DNA from: Polyangiaceae bacterium
GTDB taxonomy: Bacteria > Myxococcota_A > Polyangia > Polyangiales > Polyangiaceae
Assembly (NCBI GenBank): GCA_050287085.1
Contig: JBNKBE010000014.1
Coordinates: 113,109-177,108, forward strand
DNA length: 64,000 nucleotides
Reading direction: 5' to 3'
The notes below the pieces were generated by a model that worked only from the letters and a program-made list of their open reading frames with translations, ran no database searches and was not told the DNA's origin. Position 1 is the stretch's first letter; the number at the start of each line of letters is the position of its first letter. The position numbers and the translations under genes are program-made. Positions 8,725 through 18,945 of this stretch are shown here, in pieces.

Positions 8725-9462
8725 TCACTGAGCCTGCGCATCATTCGGCAGGGGTTTGAGCGCATCGCCGCTGTCCTGCTCGCCCCCCTCCCCTGACGGC
8801 CGCTCTGGGGACGGCCCAGCAGAGGGCACCGCGAGAGGTGTTGACCCCGCGGCGGCAGGCCCCTGAAGCTCGACCGCTGGAGCAGGATGCTCAGACCAAG
8901 GCGACGGCGGCGATAACAAGCCCGAGGCGATATCCCTTGGGGGCTCCGTCGGGCCCAGCCCAGGCCAAGGTGCAAGCAGCGTGGGTTGCTCGATCGAGGG
9001 CTCGCTCACCTCGCGTCGCGGCACTGAGCCCTCCGAACGGTGCGCCGCACTGTGTTCAGCTATAAGCAGCAAGCGACGCACGTGCACGCGGTATTCGTCC
9101 TGGGAGATGTCACCGTTGCCCAACGCCTCACAGAGATGAAAGAACGCTACCTCCAGTCGATAGCCGACGGTCGGAGCTTCGCCGCCCGAGTCACCCTGTC
9201 CCCGGAGAAGCGGTACACTCAGAGCACCGGTACACGTTCTGACGCCCCGGCGCCCCGAACGAACCACCGTCACATGCCCCGCCGTTTCGTTGACGTAGAC
9301 ACCGTAGTGGTCAACACGAAAGGTCGGAGTCTGCGGATGACAAGCGCTGACTAGCCCAACAGCCAGACAACCAAGGACCTTGCCACCAAGGCTCCCTCGA
9401 TCGCAGCCTCTCCAGAAACGGGTCTGAAACGCGGAAAGCATGTGCTTCTGTGTTAGATACAA
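8725..9462 (-). CDS. hypothetical protein, probable lipoprotein with Pro-rich C-terminal tail
   Basis: VLGCLAVGLVSAC lipobox-like segment; globular FHLCEALGNGDIS region; start uncertain. Confidence 0.55.
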   Translation of the reverse strand: MYLTQKHMLSAFQTRFWRGCDRGSLGGKVLGCLAVGLVSACHPQTPTFRVDHYGVYVNETAGHVTVVRSGRRGVRTCTGALSVPLLRGQGDSGGEAPTVGYRLEVAFFHLCEALGNGDISQDEYRVHVRRLLLIAEHSAAHRSEGSVPRREVSEPSIEQPTLLAPWPGLGPTEPPRDIASGLLSPPSPWSEHPAPAVELQGPAAAGSTPLAVPSAGPSPERPSGEGGEQDSGDALKPLPNDAQAQ

Positions 9463-9502
9463 TGGCTCTGACCAGGCTTGCAGACCAGCGGCTTAGGGTC
9501 CC

Positions 9503-9547
9503 CACCGTCCGCAAGCTCACCGTCCGCAAGCTCACCGTCCGCTGGCT
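9503..9547. repeat. 15-bp tandem repeat x3 (CACCGTCCGCAAGCT)
   Basis: Two exact copies plus CACCGTCCGCTGGCT in the divergent intergenic region before ppc. Confidence 0.9.
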
Positions 9548-9880
9548 TCATACCAGAGAGCTGCACCGGCAACGCTGGTCTTTTCCCTACCCGGGGTTTG
9601 TGCTGCAACCCACTTCCTTGACCCATGGGACGCAAGGCTAGCCCGCGCCCAGCGCGCGCGCCAGTACGGGTCTGTTGTGGGGTCCATTTCACCAGGGCGC
9701 AAGGGTGCCCCGGTCAGGCGACCCATCGCGCCCCGTGCAACCCAAGCCCAAAGACCGTGGAGTGTGTCGGGTGATGCCGGCTCGAAACACATCGGCCTGG
9801 GATTCCAGCCGCATCCGAGAGCCGGCCCCCACATCACGAGGGTTGACGGCCCTCGGCAAACGTCAGGTACCCTGCACGCG

Positions 9881-12526
9881 ATGAAAGGCATTCCAGAGCA
9901 ACTTCGCAATGATGTTCGGGTCCTGGGGTCACTGCTCGGCGACATTCTCAAGGAGCAAGCAAGCCTCACGATCTTCGAGCGGGTCGAGCAGGTGCGCGCT
10001 CTCGCAAAGCGGGCCCGTGATGGCGACACTCGGGCCGCGGAAACCTTGGCGGGAACGCTTTCCGCTCTGCCCATCTCTGAAGCCCTTCCCGTGGCTCGCG
10101 CGTTTTCCCTATTCCTCACTCTGGCCAACATCGCCGAGGCCCACCACGGTCTGAGGGCGCCGGAGGCCGGTGATGCCGACGGTTCTTTCGCCCACGACGC
10201 CGACAAGACCTTCGCCGCGATGCTGGCCAACGGCGTCAGCGCCGATGAACTGCACGACACCGTATCTAGGCTCAACGTCGAGCTCGTGCTCACAGCCCAC
10301 CCAACCCAAGTGGTACGCCGCACTCTGCTGCGCAAGTACAACGTGCTCGCGGATCTGCTTGCTGAGCGAGACTCGCGACAGGATCCGTGGCTTGCGGTAG
10401 ACGAACAAGACGAAGCCCTGGAACGAGAGATCACTTCGATCTGGGACACGGACGAAGTGATGCGCAAGAAGCCAACACCCGTGGACGAGGCGCGAGGTGG
10501 ACTTGCCGTTCTCGAGCAAGTGGTGTGGCATGCACTGCCTGTCTGGATGCGCCGTCTAGACACTTCGCTTCGTACCCACACCGGACGCGGGTTGCCGCTC
10601 GAAAGTGCCCCGGTACGCTTCGGCTCGTGGATGGGTGGCGATCGTGATGGCAACCCCAACGTTTCGCCTGAAACGACACTCCGAGCGTCATGGCTCGGTC
10701 GCTGGATGGCAGCCGACCTTTTTTACAAGGAGATCAATGCGCTGCGCGACGAGCTCTCGACCCGAGCCTGCAGCGCGGAACTGCGAGCGCTGGTCGGTGA
10801 TAGCAACGAGCCGTATCGCGACCTGCTTCGCGACGTACGGCAGCGCTTGCGCAACACGCGCGAGAGGATGCAGCGCCTGCTCGACGGCAAGAAGCCCGAC
10901 GACGAGCCCTACTACGCCAAGGAAGCCGAACTCCGAGATCAGTTGCTGCTTTGCTACCATTCCTTGTGCAGCGTTGGCCAGGAGGTGGTGGCCCGCGGTC
11001 GCTTGCTCGACGCACTGCGGAGACTGTCTTGCTTTGGACTGACTATGGTACGTCTTGATCTCCGTCAGGAAAGTACCCGACACACGGAAGCTATCGCTTG
11101 CATCACCCAGCACCTGGGCTTGGGTGACTACTCGCAGTGGGACGAAGCCAAACGACAAGAGTTTCTCGTGGCCGAGCTCGAGAATCGGCGCCCGCTCATC
11201 CCCTGGGATCTGCAAGCACCAGCAAGCGTGGTGGATGTGCTCGATACCTTCAGGGTAGCCAAAGAGATCGGCCCCGACGCTCTCGGCGCGTACGTCATTT
11301 CGATGGCCCGCCAGCCCTCCGACGTGTTGGCCGTCGAGCTTCTACAGAAAGCGGTCGGCAACACCACCCCCCAGCGAGTGGCCCCACTATTTGAGACCGT
11401 GGATGATCTCGATAGCGCGGCCAGTACTATGCGACAGCTGTACAGCATTCCTTGGTACCGCCGCCGGATTGGCGGTTCACAGGAGATCATGATTGGATAC
11501 TCCGACTCCGCGAAGGACGGGGGGCGACTGGCCGCCAATTGGGCTTTGTACCAAGCCCAGGAAGAGGTGGTAGCGGTGTGCGAGGAGTTCAACATTCACC
11601 CAACCCTCTTTCACGGCCGAGGTGGAACGGTCGCGCGAGGCGGAGGCCCGACGCATCTTGCCATTCAGTCGCAACCAGCCGGCTCGATCAAGGGCACGTT
11701 GCGAGTTACTGAACAAGGCGAAATGATCCAAGCCAAGTTCGGCAACCCACGGGTCACGGTGCGCACCTTGGAAACATACGTCGCTGCGACCGTCGAAGCG
11801 ACGTTGGCACCTCCTCGGAAGCCAGAACCCGCGTGGCGCGCGCGCATGGAAGTGCTCGCCGATACGTCGTGCGATGCCTACCGCGCCGTCGTCCGTGAGG
11901 AGCCTCGCTTCGTCGAGTACTTTCGCCAGGTAACGCCCGAAGTGGAGCTCGGCTCCTTGAACATCGGCAGCCGCCCGGCCCGCCGCCGAAAGAGCGGTGG
12001 CATCGAGACATTGCGCGCGATTCCGTGGATCTTCGCCTGGACGCAGAATCGCCTCTGCTTGCCCTCGTGGCTGGGTGTAGGCGACGCGTTGGGACAGGCT
12101 ATCGCTGACGGACATCTCGATGAGCTGCAGCAGATGCGACAGCACTGGCCGTTCTTCCGTTCCACTCTGGACTTGATCGAGATGGTCGTTGCCAAGGCGG
12201 ATCCGAGCCCTTCGGTCTTCTACGATCGCACTTTGGTACGAGAAGAACTGCGTCCCTTTGGGGACGAGCTACGCGGCAAGCTGGGGGCAACCGTGAGCGC
12301 CGTGCTCAAAGTCACGGGGCATACCGAACTGCTCGAAGACTACGGGGTGGGCACTCATGGTCTTCGACTTCGCGACCGATACATGGACCCCCTCAACGTA
12401 TTGCAGGCGGAGTTGCTACGACGTCTCCGTGCGCAGCCCGAAGACAGCCCACCAGATCCGAAACTGTGGGAGGCGTTTGTGGTGACGGTCAATGGCGTCG
12501 CCGCAGGCATGCGCAACACGGGCTGA
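9881..12526 (+). CDS. ppc: phosphoenolpyruvate carboxylase
   Basis: VLTAHPTQ, SWMGGDRDGNP, MIGYSDSAKDGG, FHGRGGTVARGG, LRAIPWIFAWTQ, C-terminal AAGMRNTG; start moved to ATG 9881. Confidence 0.97.
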   Translation: MKGIPEQLRNDVRVLGSLLGDILKEQASLTIFERVEQVRALAKRARDGDTRAAETLAGTLSALPISEALPVARAFSLFLTLANIAEAHHGLRAPEAGDADGSFAHDADKTFAAMLANGVSADELHDTVSRLNVELVLTAHPTQVVRRTLLRKYNVLADLLAERDSRQDPWLAVDEQDEALEREITSIWDTDEVMRKKPTPVDEARGGLAVLEQVVWHALPVWMRRLDTSLRTHTGRGLPLESAPVRFGSWMGGDRDGNPNVSPETTLRASWLGRWMAADLFYKEINALRDELSTRACSAELRALVGDSNEPYRDLLRDVRQRLRNTRERMQRLLDGKKPDDEPYYAKEAELRDQLLLCYHSLCSVGQEVVARGRLLDALRRLSCFGLTMVRLDLRQESTRHTEAIACITQHLGLGDYSQWDEAKRQEFLVAELENRRPLIPWDLQAPASVVDVLDTFRVAKEIGPDALGAYVISMARQPSDVLAVELLQKAVGNTTPQRVAPLFETVDDLDSAASTMRQLYSIPWYRRRIGGSQEIMIGYSDSAKDGGRLAANWALYQAQEEVVAVCEEFNIHPTLFHGRGGTVARGGGPTHLAIQSQPAGSIKGTLRVTEQGEMIQAKFGNPRVTVRTLETYVAATVEATLAPPRKPEPAWRARMEVLADTSCDAYRAVVREEPRFVEYFRQVTPEVELGSLNIGSRPARRRKSGGIETLRAIPWIFAWTQNRLCLPSWLGVGDALGQAIADGHLDELQQMRQHWPFFRSTLDLIEMVVAKADPSPSVFYDRTLVREELRPFGDELRGKLGATVSAVLKVTGHTELLEDYGVGTHGLRLRDRYMDPLNVLQAELLRRLRAQPEDSPPDPKLWEAFVVTVNGVAAGMRNTG

Positions 12527-12626
12527 GGTCGCGCGGCCCTCGCCGGACACCAGCCTGCGGCAAGTGGGGCTGGTTCCGGTGGTGCGCGAGCGCCTCCGCC
12601 GTCAGAGCCACCGGGCTGCTCCCAGG

Positions 12627-13259
12627 TCAGTCCGCAGATGTCGCGACTACTGCGCGCAAGCTGTCAATGATGGGCGAAAGGACTGCGCGCCGAAGCTTGT
12701 ACAGACTTCGATTGGCGATCAACACGCTGGAAATGTCGCAGATGGTTTCGACCACCTCGAGCTTGTTCTCCCGAAGGGTGGAGCCAGTTTCCACGATGTC
12801 GACAATGACATCGGAAAGACCGACCAAAGGGGCGAGTTCAACCGAGCCCTGAATGAAGATCACTTCTGACTGCACCCCTTTGCGCGCGAAGTGTTCAGTC
12901 GCAATGCGGGGATACTTTGTCGCAATGCGAGGCAGATCCGGAACGGCTCTTCCCTCCGGTGCGGCTACCACCATCCGACACTTACCGATCCCCAAGTCGA
13001 CCGGTTGATACAGACTGTAGCCCCGTTCACCCAAGGTATCGCGGCCGCTGATTCCAAGCTCTGCGGCCCCGTACTCGACATACGTTGGGACGTCATCGGG
13101 CTTCAGCATCAAAAAGCGCAAACGACCATCGCGGCTCTCGCGAACTAGATTGCGGTCATCGCTCAGCAGACACTCACAGTCGAGGCCAGCTCGAGACAGG
13201 AGCGGCACTAGTACCTTGTTGATACGCCCCTTGGGCACGGCAATCGTAACGGGTTTCAT
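12627..13259 (-). CDS. hisG: ATP phosphoribosyltransferase, short form (HisZ-dependent)
   Basis: [40 protein letters not shown]; 210 aa with no C-terminal ACT domain. Confidence 0.95.
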   Translation of the reverse strand: MKPVTIAVPKGRINKVLVPLLSRAGLDCECLLSDDRNLVRESRDGRLRFLMLKPDDVPTYVEYGAAELGISGRDTLGERGYSLYQPVDLGIGKCRMVVAAPEGRAVPDLPRIATKYPRIATEHFARKGVQSEVIFIQGSVELAPLVGLSDVIVDIVETGSTLRENKLEVVETICDISSVLIANRSLYKLRRAVLSPIIDSLRAVVATSAD

Positions 13260-14527
13260 GGCGTGGCCTCATGCAACTGAATGCGCTCGACGCGAGCGCC
13301 AGCGCCTGACAACTTGAGCTCTATTCGCTCGTAGCCGCGGTCGAGATGATAGACGCGACGCACCACAGTCTCCCCCTCTGCCACCAACCCGGCGATCACG
13401 AGCGATGCGCTGGCGCGCAGGTCCGTAGCCATCACGCTTGCGCCCTCAAGCGGAAACCCGCCGTCCACCAACGCCACGTTCTTGCGGGTATCGATATGAG
13501 CACCCATGCGCCGCAGCTCCGGTACATGCATGAAACGGTTCTCAAAGATCGTCTCCGTCAGAACCGCCCGACCTTGCGCCGCACAGGCCATCGCCATGAA
13601 TTGCGCCTGCATGTCGGTCGGAAATCCTGGATGCGGTGCAGTCGTCACGTCCACAGCGCGAAGTGGCCCCTCGCGCACAACACGCGTATCGTTGCCTTCG
13701 GCTTCGACCACGAGCCCGGCTTCTCGCAGCTTGAGTACAACCGGTTCGAGATCGGCCAAGGGTGCGTTCTTCAGCAAGACATTCCCCCCCGCGGCCCCGA
13801 CCGCCGTCATAAAGGTCCCAGCTTCGATGCGATCGGCGATCACCGCGTGATCGTAGCCGGCGAGCTCTGAGCGCCCTTCGATCTCGATCACGGTGCTGCC
13901 GGCGCCGCGAATGACAGCGCCCATCTTGGTCAACACGGTCGCCAGTTCACGTATCTCCGGCTCCCGAGCGCAGTTGACCAAAGTGGTCTTCCCTTCGGCC
14001 AGGCAAGCCGCCATCATCAGGTTCTCCGTGCCCCCCACCGTCGGCAGATCGAAAGCGTATTCAGCTCCCCGAAGGCGCTTGGCGGTGGCTGTGATGTAGC
14101 CATGCTCAACGCTGATCGAAGCCCCCAAAGCCTGCAATCCCTTGAGATGTAGGTCGACGGGGCGCGCGCCAATCGCGCACCCCCCGGGAAGGCTCACTTT
14201 CGCGGTGCCGTAGCGCGCCAGCAAGGGGCCCAGCACCAGCACGCTCGCCCGCATCTGGCGTACCAGTTCATAAGGAGCTTCCGGACGGACCGTGCCCGCT
14301 ACGGGACGAGACTCGACCCGCGGACAATCCACAGAGACCTCACGCCCCAAAAAGCGAAGCAACGCTGACGTCGTCTGGATATCGCGCAGCGCTGGCACGT
14401 TGGTCAGTCGGCAGCCGTCATCGCTAAGCAGCATCGCACATAGGATCGGCAGCGCGGCGTTCTTGGCGCCGCCCACGGGAATGGTGCCGCGCAGCGCCGG
14501 GCCGCCGATCACTCGAATTGCGTCCAT
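13256..14527 (-). CDS. murA: UDP-N-acetylglucosamine 1-carboxyvinyltransferase
   Basis: [57 protein letters not shown]; start moved to ATG 14527. Confidence 0.97.
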   Translation of the reverse strand: MDAIRVIGGPALRGTIPVGGAKNAALPILCAMLLSDDGCRLTNVPALRDIQTTSALLRFLGREVSVDCPRVESRPVAGTVRPEAPYELVRQMRASVLVLGPLLARYGTAKVSLPGGCAIGARPVDLHLKGLQALGASISVEHGYITATAKRLRGAEYAFDLPTVGGTENLMMAACLAEGKTTLVNCAREPEIRELATVLTKMGAVIRGAGSTVIEIEGRSELAGYDHAVIADRIEAGTFMTAVGAAGGNVLLKNAPLADLEPVVLKLREAGLVVEAEGNDTRVVREGPLRAVDVTTAPHPGFPTDMQAQFMAMACAAQGRAVLTETIFENRFMHVPELRRMGAHIDTRKNVALVDGGFPLEGASVMATDLRASASLVIAGLVAEGETVVRRVYHLDRGYERIELKLSGAGARVERIQLHEATP

Positions 14528-14789
14528 GGCCGCACGCATATCAGATCGACCGCTGGCGCCCAAAGGAATGAACGGACGAGCTCGACCTGTTGAATCGGGT
14601 CCCCGATGGCTCGGCGGGAGGCGCCAGGATCCTCGGCCGGTCGCTCAACGCCCCCCCGCCGGCCTCGAAGTCGCTGGCTCAATACCCGAGTTCGGAGCTA
14701 GACCCAAGAGCATGCGGCAGGCGGCGTGGAGTCACGAGAGCAAAGGCGTGCCGCCTCCCGGGGGCGCGAAGCGGCGCCCCCACGAGCCA

Positions 14790-16865
14790 ATGCGAGCCTC
14801 GGCCCAGACCTCGGGCCGCCGGTGCAAGCGTGCCCGCGTCGCCGTTGCCCGCGTCGCAGTCGCCCTCATCGTCGTGGCCCGCGTCGCACTCGTAAGCCTG
14901 GGCGTACTCGCCCGGGCCCATGCGGGCTCACCACCCCGGGAATCGGCCCCGGAACGAACAAGCCACTTCGCTGGTCGCGCACAGTCCAAGCCACCGCCCG
15001 CGGGCCCGGCGCGCGCAGCCTGGCTACGACGCGGACTCGCAGATGGCCTGTCGGGGCGCTGCCACGCTCTACAGGCGCTGGCACTGCAGGCCGAACCTGG
15101 GGCTCCCGACTTGCCCCTGCTCGCCCAAGCGCTCGCCCAGGGCGTTGGGCAATGCAAAGTGGGCTCGGCATTGTGGTCGCTCGAACAACACATCCTCCAC
15201 GCGCCGAATGACGATAGGGATGAAAACACCCGCTTCGCGGGCCGCTGGCTGCTCGTCGCTCTGGCTCGTTTGGGAACCGAAGACGCCCTAGAACACCTGG
15301 CGTATCATCTGGATAATGCGCGCGACAGCAGCTCAGCTGAGCAAGCGCTCGCGGTGACCTCCCCACGAAGCCTAGAGCCGTTTTCGCTACCGCTGCCCAG
15401 CGAGATGCGAGTTCGGTGGGTCGCAGAACAAGCGGGTTTCGCCGCGGATACGCTACTCGTTCGCTGGGCCGATAGCGACGACGAAGCGATCCGTCTGGCC
15501 GCAATGGCCGCCCTACTCGAGCGACGACCGCACTACGCCCAGGCACTGGCCACTCGCTGGCTGACCCTCGAAGCGCGCGGCTTGGAGAGCACTGCTGCGG
15601 CTATCGGGGTATGGCTACGAACAAGCGATCCAAGGGCGATACCAGCCCTTCGGGAGCTGCTCCGGGCGGCCCCATCGACGGCGGCACGCCTGCTGGCTCA
15701 GGGTGTGCCCGCGGCCGCCCGAGACGTTGTGCTCGCGGCCGTCAATCGCTACGAACCGGCGCTGCGTCGCGCCTTCTATCCAGCTCTGCAGAGCATTCCA
15801 GCCCATGCCTCCGCTGCGCTATTGGCCGCAGATCTGGGCGCCAGCGAAGCCGGGGTCGAAGCCTTGAACGCACTCGTCGCGATGCACGGTGTCGCCGCTC
15901 AACAGGCCTTGCGACGGATCGCGACGCGTGCCCCGGCTCCGGCTGGACAGGACAACGCGACAGTTCGGAACGACGCGCGAGCCTTCGCCCGACTGGGGCT
16001 TATCCTGCGCCGCCTACAAGGGGCAGATGACGGCCGCCTACAAGGGGCAGATGACGAAGGCGAGGCGGCGACGCCAGCCGCAAGCGATTCCCCAGGGCAA
16101 GCCTGGCTGAACGCCCTGGACGCGTGCAGCCAGCGCGTGGAAAGCTGCGTCGAGAACCTGCTTCACGGTACCGACTGGTACGCCAACGCCGCGCTTCAAC
16201 TCATGCCGCTGGCGGGTGACAACGCCTTTGCGACGCTCGGGGACCGTCTCAACGACTCGCCCGCGCTGAGCAAACGGCTCGGCATCGCCCTCCTACGCGA
16301 GGCAGGCCGCGACCGCGTCTCGACCCGAGTGCTCATGCACCTGCTCCCAATCCAAAGCCCCTGGCAGCCCTGGGTGGTCCGTGCCCTCGCGGAGCGACTA
16401 CCCTCAGAAGAGCTCGCCTCCTGGCTGCAACATCCCAGCCGCGCTCGGCGACTCCAGACCGCCCTGGGGCTGGGTCGCAATCCAAACCCGGGGAGCGTCT
16501 ACGCGCTCCGGAGCGCCTACCCCCTCGAAGCAGACGACGGGGTGCGCCGAGCCATGGTGCGCGCCGTGGCTTGGCTCGAGGGTGCCTCGCCGCCCTCTCC
16601 CTGGCGCAGAGCCGTAGCCGCTTCCGATCCAGCTGCCAACGTGCGCGCAACGGCGGTCGCTCCCGGACCCGTCGATGCGGCAACACCCGCGTCAGCGCTG
16701 ACCTTGATCTGGGCCCCGGCAGCTCCGCTCGCAGCCTTGCACTGTCGAGCCGACGACGGGCTAGGCCCTCCCACCTGTGACACCCCTCTACCGATACGCC
16801 TGGTCGTCCGCCCTGAAAAGACAGCCGTCACCAGGCTAGACGCTGAGTCGCCCTTGCAACGCTAG
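14790..16865 (+). CDS. exported HEAT-repeat-like alpha-helical protein
   Basis: Signal-like hydrophobic stretch; HEAT-like motifs (ALARLGTEDALEHL, DEAIRLAAMAAL, DGVRRAMVRAV, ANVRATA); start uncertain. Confidence 0.6.
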   Translation: MRASAQTSGRRCKRARVAVARVAVALIVVARVALVSLGVLARAHAGSPPRESAPERTSHFAGRAQSKPPPAGPARAAWLRRGLADGLSGRCHALQALALQAEPGAPDLPLLAQALAQGVGQCKVGSALWSLEQHILHAPNDDRDENTRFAGRWLLVALARLGTEDALEHLAYHLDNARDSSSAEQALAVTSPRSLEPFSLPLPSEMRVRWVAEQAGFAADTLLVRWADSDDEAIRLAAMAALLERRPHYAQALATRWLTLEARGLESTAAAIGVWLRTSDPRAIPALRELLRAAPSTAARLLAQGVPAAARDVVLAAVNRYEPALRRAFYPALQSIPAHASAALLAADLGASEAGVEALNALVAMHGVAAQQALRRIATRAPAPAGQDNATVRNDARAFARLGLILRRLQGADDGRLQGADDEGEAATPAASDSPGQAWLNALDACSQRVESCVENLLHGTDWYANAALQLMPLAGDNAFATLGDRLNDSPALSKRLGIALLREAGRDRVSTRVLMHLLPIQSPWQPWVVRALAERLPSEELASWLQHPSRARRLQTALGLGRNPNPGSVYALRSAYPLEADDGVRRAMVRAVAWLEGASPPSPWRRAVAASDPAANVRATAVAPGPVDAATPASALTLIWAPAAPLAALHCRADDGLGPPTCDTPLPIRLVVRPEKTAVTRLDAESPLQR
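16009..16056. repeat. 24-bp in-frame direct duplication (RLQGADDG/RLQGADDE)
   Basis: GCCGCCTACAAGGGGCAGATGACG present twice in tandem. Confidence 0.9.
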
Positions 16866-16888
16866 AGCGACGCTGTGATGGTCCGACG

Positions 16889-17179
16889 GTGGCCCGCTCC
16901 AAGCAAAAAAAGGCAATCGACCCCGCACTTGCGGCCTCTGACACAGATCTGACCTTTGAAGCCGCTCTGCACCAGCTCGGCGCCATCGTCGAGCAGCTGG
17001 AAAGCGGCGAACTGCCCCTGGAGCAAAGCTTGCGCCTCTTCGAACAAGGCGTGGGTTTGGCCAAGCATTCCCAGGGGATCTTGGACGCCGCCGAAACCCG
17101 GGTCGAACAGCTATTGGGCATCGGAGAAGCGGGACAACCTGTGACAACCGAGTTCGACCCCGAGGCCCCCTCCGATTAA
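16889..17179 (+). CDS. xseB: exodeoxyribonuclease VII small subunit
   Basis: TFEAALHQLGAIVEQLESGELPLEQSLRLFEQG signature. Confidence 0.93.
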   Translation: MARSKQKKAIDPALAASDTDLTFEAALHQLGAIVEQLESGELPLEQSLRLFEQGVGLAKHSQGILDAAETRVEQLLGIGEAGQPVTTEFDPEAPSD

Positions 17180-17218
17180 CGCCTCGCCCTGTCCGCCGCG
17201 AGCCGCTATTGTGTACCC

Positions 17219-18019
17219 ATGGCGTCGGCCGAGCCCCCCCCGCTGACTGAACGCGCCATCGTGGTCCGAGCCGCTGCACTGCTCATCGGCGACGAGCTGC
17301 TGAGTGGCAAAGTCGCGGACGCCAACCTCCATCCCCTGGCGCGATGCTTGTGGTCACTAGGGATTCGGCTGTGTCGTAGCGCGATCGTGGGAGACAACGT
17401 AGACGAGATCGCAAACGAATTGGACGCCTTGATGGCAACCCATGATCTCGTGATCACCAGTGGCGGCGTTGGTCCCACCCACGACGATCGTACGCTGGAG
17501 GCCGTTTCCAAGGCCACGGGGCGGACCCTATCCACCCACCCCAGACTCGTCGCACAGATCCAAGACGCCTATGGGGAACAAACCACGGCCGCTCATCTAC
17601 GCATGGCCCAGGTCCCGGACGGAACACGCCTCATGTACGGAGCCAATAGCCGCTGGCCGGCCTTAGTCGTAGAACACGTCTGGGTACTGCCTGGGGTACC
17701 GGCCATCTTCAACCAGAAGCTGGATATCCTCAGAACCGCAGTCCGCGGTCCGGGACAGTTCTACACCCAGCGCACGCACTCTACATTCGATGAGGGACAC
17801 CTCAAGGAGGCTTTAGATGCCACGGTGGCGGCCTTCCCAAACGTAGCCGTTGGCTCATACCCGCAATGGGACGCCGGCGAACTCCGCACATTGGTCACAT
17901 TCGACAGCTCCGATCCCGATCGCGTTGCGGAGGCACGGTGCCATTTTGAGGCGCAGCTTTCCCCCGAGGCATTGTTGCACGACGACGCGCTGATCCCGGA
18001 GTCTGGTCGCGAGACGTAG
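17219..18019 (+). CDS. CinA N-terminal-like molybdopterin-binding-domain protein (no PncC domain)
   Basis: IGDELLSGKVADAN, TSGGVGPTHDD, LPGVP motifs. Confidence 0.85.
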   Translation: MASAEPPPLTERAIVVRAAALLIGDELLSGKVADANLHPLARCLWSLGIRLCRSAIVGDNVDEIANELDALMATHDLVITSGGVGPTHDDRTLEAVSKATGRTLSTHPRLVAQIQDAYGEQTTAAHLRMAQVPDGTRLMYGANSRWPALVVEHVWVLPGVPAIFNQKLDILRTAVRGPGQFYTQRTHSTFDEGHLKEALDATVAAFPNVAVGSYPQWDAGELRTLVTFDSSDPDRVAEARCHFEAQLSPEALLHDDALIPESGRET

Positions 18020-18125
18020 CAACGCTCTTGGGTGGCGCACCTCTGGCCACCAGGCGGCGGCGCAACTGCGAGCTGGGGCTGCGCCCCGCATCGGCACGGC
18101 ACGCTCTCTGCATGCCCTGTCCGTC

Positions 18126-18869
18126 GTGCTTGATTCTTCGACCCCGCGCCGCAAGGGCGTATCGCCATATCCTTCTGCGCCCGACGCGCCGCTCGGCCGC
18201 ACTCACCGCACGCCCGACGCAGAAGCAACGCGTTCCCAAGGTCCGGGTGAAGTAGCGCTGGTCGCGCGAGCGCTCTTGGGCTGCGAAAGCGCTCGTGCCC
18301 GAACCGCAGCGCTGCGCGTACTCGAGTTCGCGGGCGGATTGGAATACATTCAATGCTTGGAGGCCCACGAGCTTGGGGGCTTGCTCCGGGTTACACCACG
18401 ACGAGCGGCCCAGCTTCTTGACGCCCTTGAGCTAGGGCGCACGGCGTGCATGCGGCTCAGCTCGCGTCGCCTTCGGGCCACCCCATTCGAAAGCGTGGCC
18501 GACGTTGATACCTGGGCGCGTCCTCGACTTGCGCAGCTGCCCCATGAGGAAGTCTGGCTCCTGAGTCTGGACGCGCGAGGTCGCTTGCTGCGAGCGGATC
18601 GGGTCGGTCAGGGAGGTGTTCATGCTTGCGCGCTACTGCCCCACGACATCCTCAGGCCAGCCGTTCGCAATGGCGCCAGCGGTGCGATATTGGTCCACAA
18701 TCACCCAAGTGGCGACCCGCGGCCAAGCGCCGACGACGTCGCCATGACGCGGGTCCTATTGGGCGCCTTCGAGTGCCTCGGGATCCCCCTGCTGGACCAC
18801 GTCGTAGTGAGTGCTGCTGCGAGCGTCTCGGTTCTCGACAGCACCCAACTAGATGAGCTCGCCGCCTGA
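18126..18869 (+). CDS. radC: RadC-family JAB-domain protein
   Basis: N-terminal HhH-like region, EEVWLLSLD, HNHPSGDPRPSADD, LLDHVVV. Confidence 0.9.
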   Translation: MLDSSTPRRKGVSPYPSAPDAPLGRTHRTPDAEATRSQGPGEVALVARALLGCESARARTAALRVLEFAGGLEYIQCLEAHELGGLLRVTPRRAAQLLDALELGRTACMRLSSRRLRATPFESVADVDTWARPRLAQLPHEEVWLLSLDARGRLLRADRVGQGGVHACALLPHDILRPAVRNGASGAILVHNHPSGDPRPSADDVAMTRVLLGAFECLGIPLLDHVVVSAAASVSVLDSTQLDELAA

Positions 18870-18945
18870 GGCATCGGGGCGATCCGGCTGTCTGCCCAGA
18901 AGCACCAGTGGCCCAGGCGTCAATGTCCGAGTATCCTGTCACGGG

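Noticed and set aside
17219..18869. RadC as a marker of a mobile element or anti-defence island
   Set aside because: Full-length chromosomal-type RadC among housekeeping genes; no integrase, att sites or compositional shift
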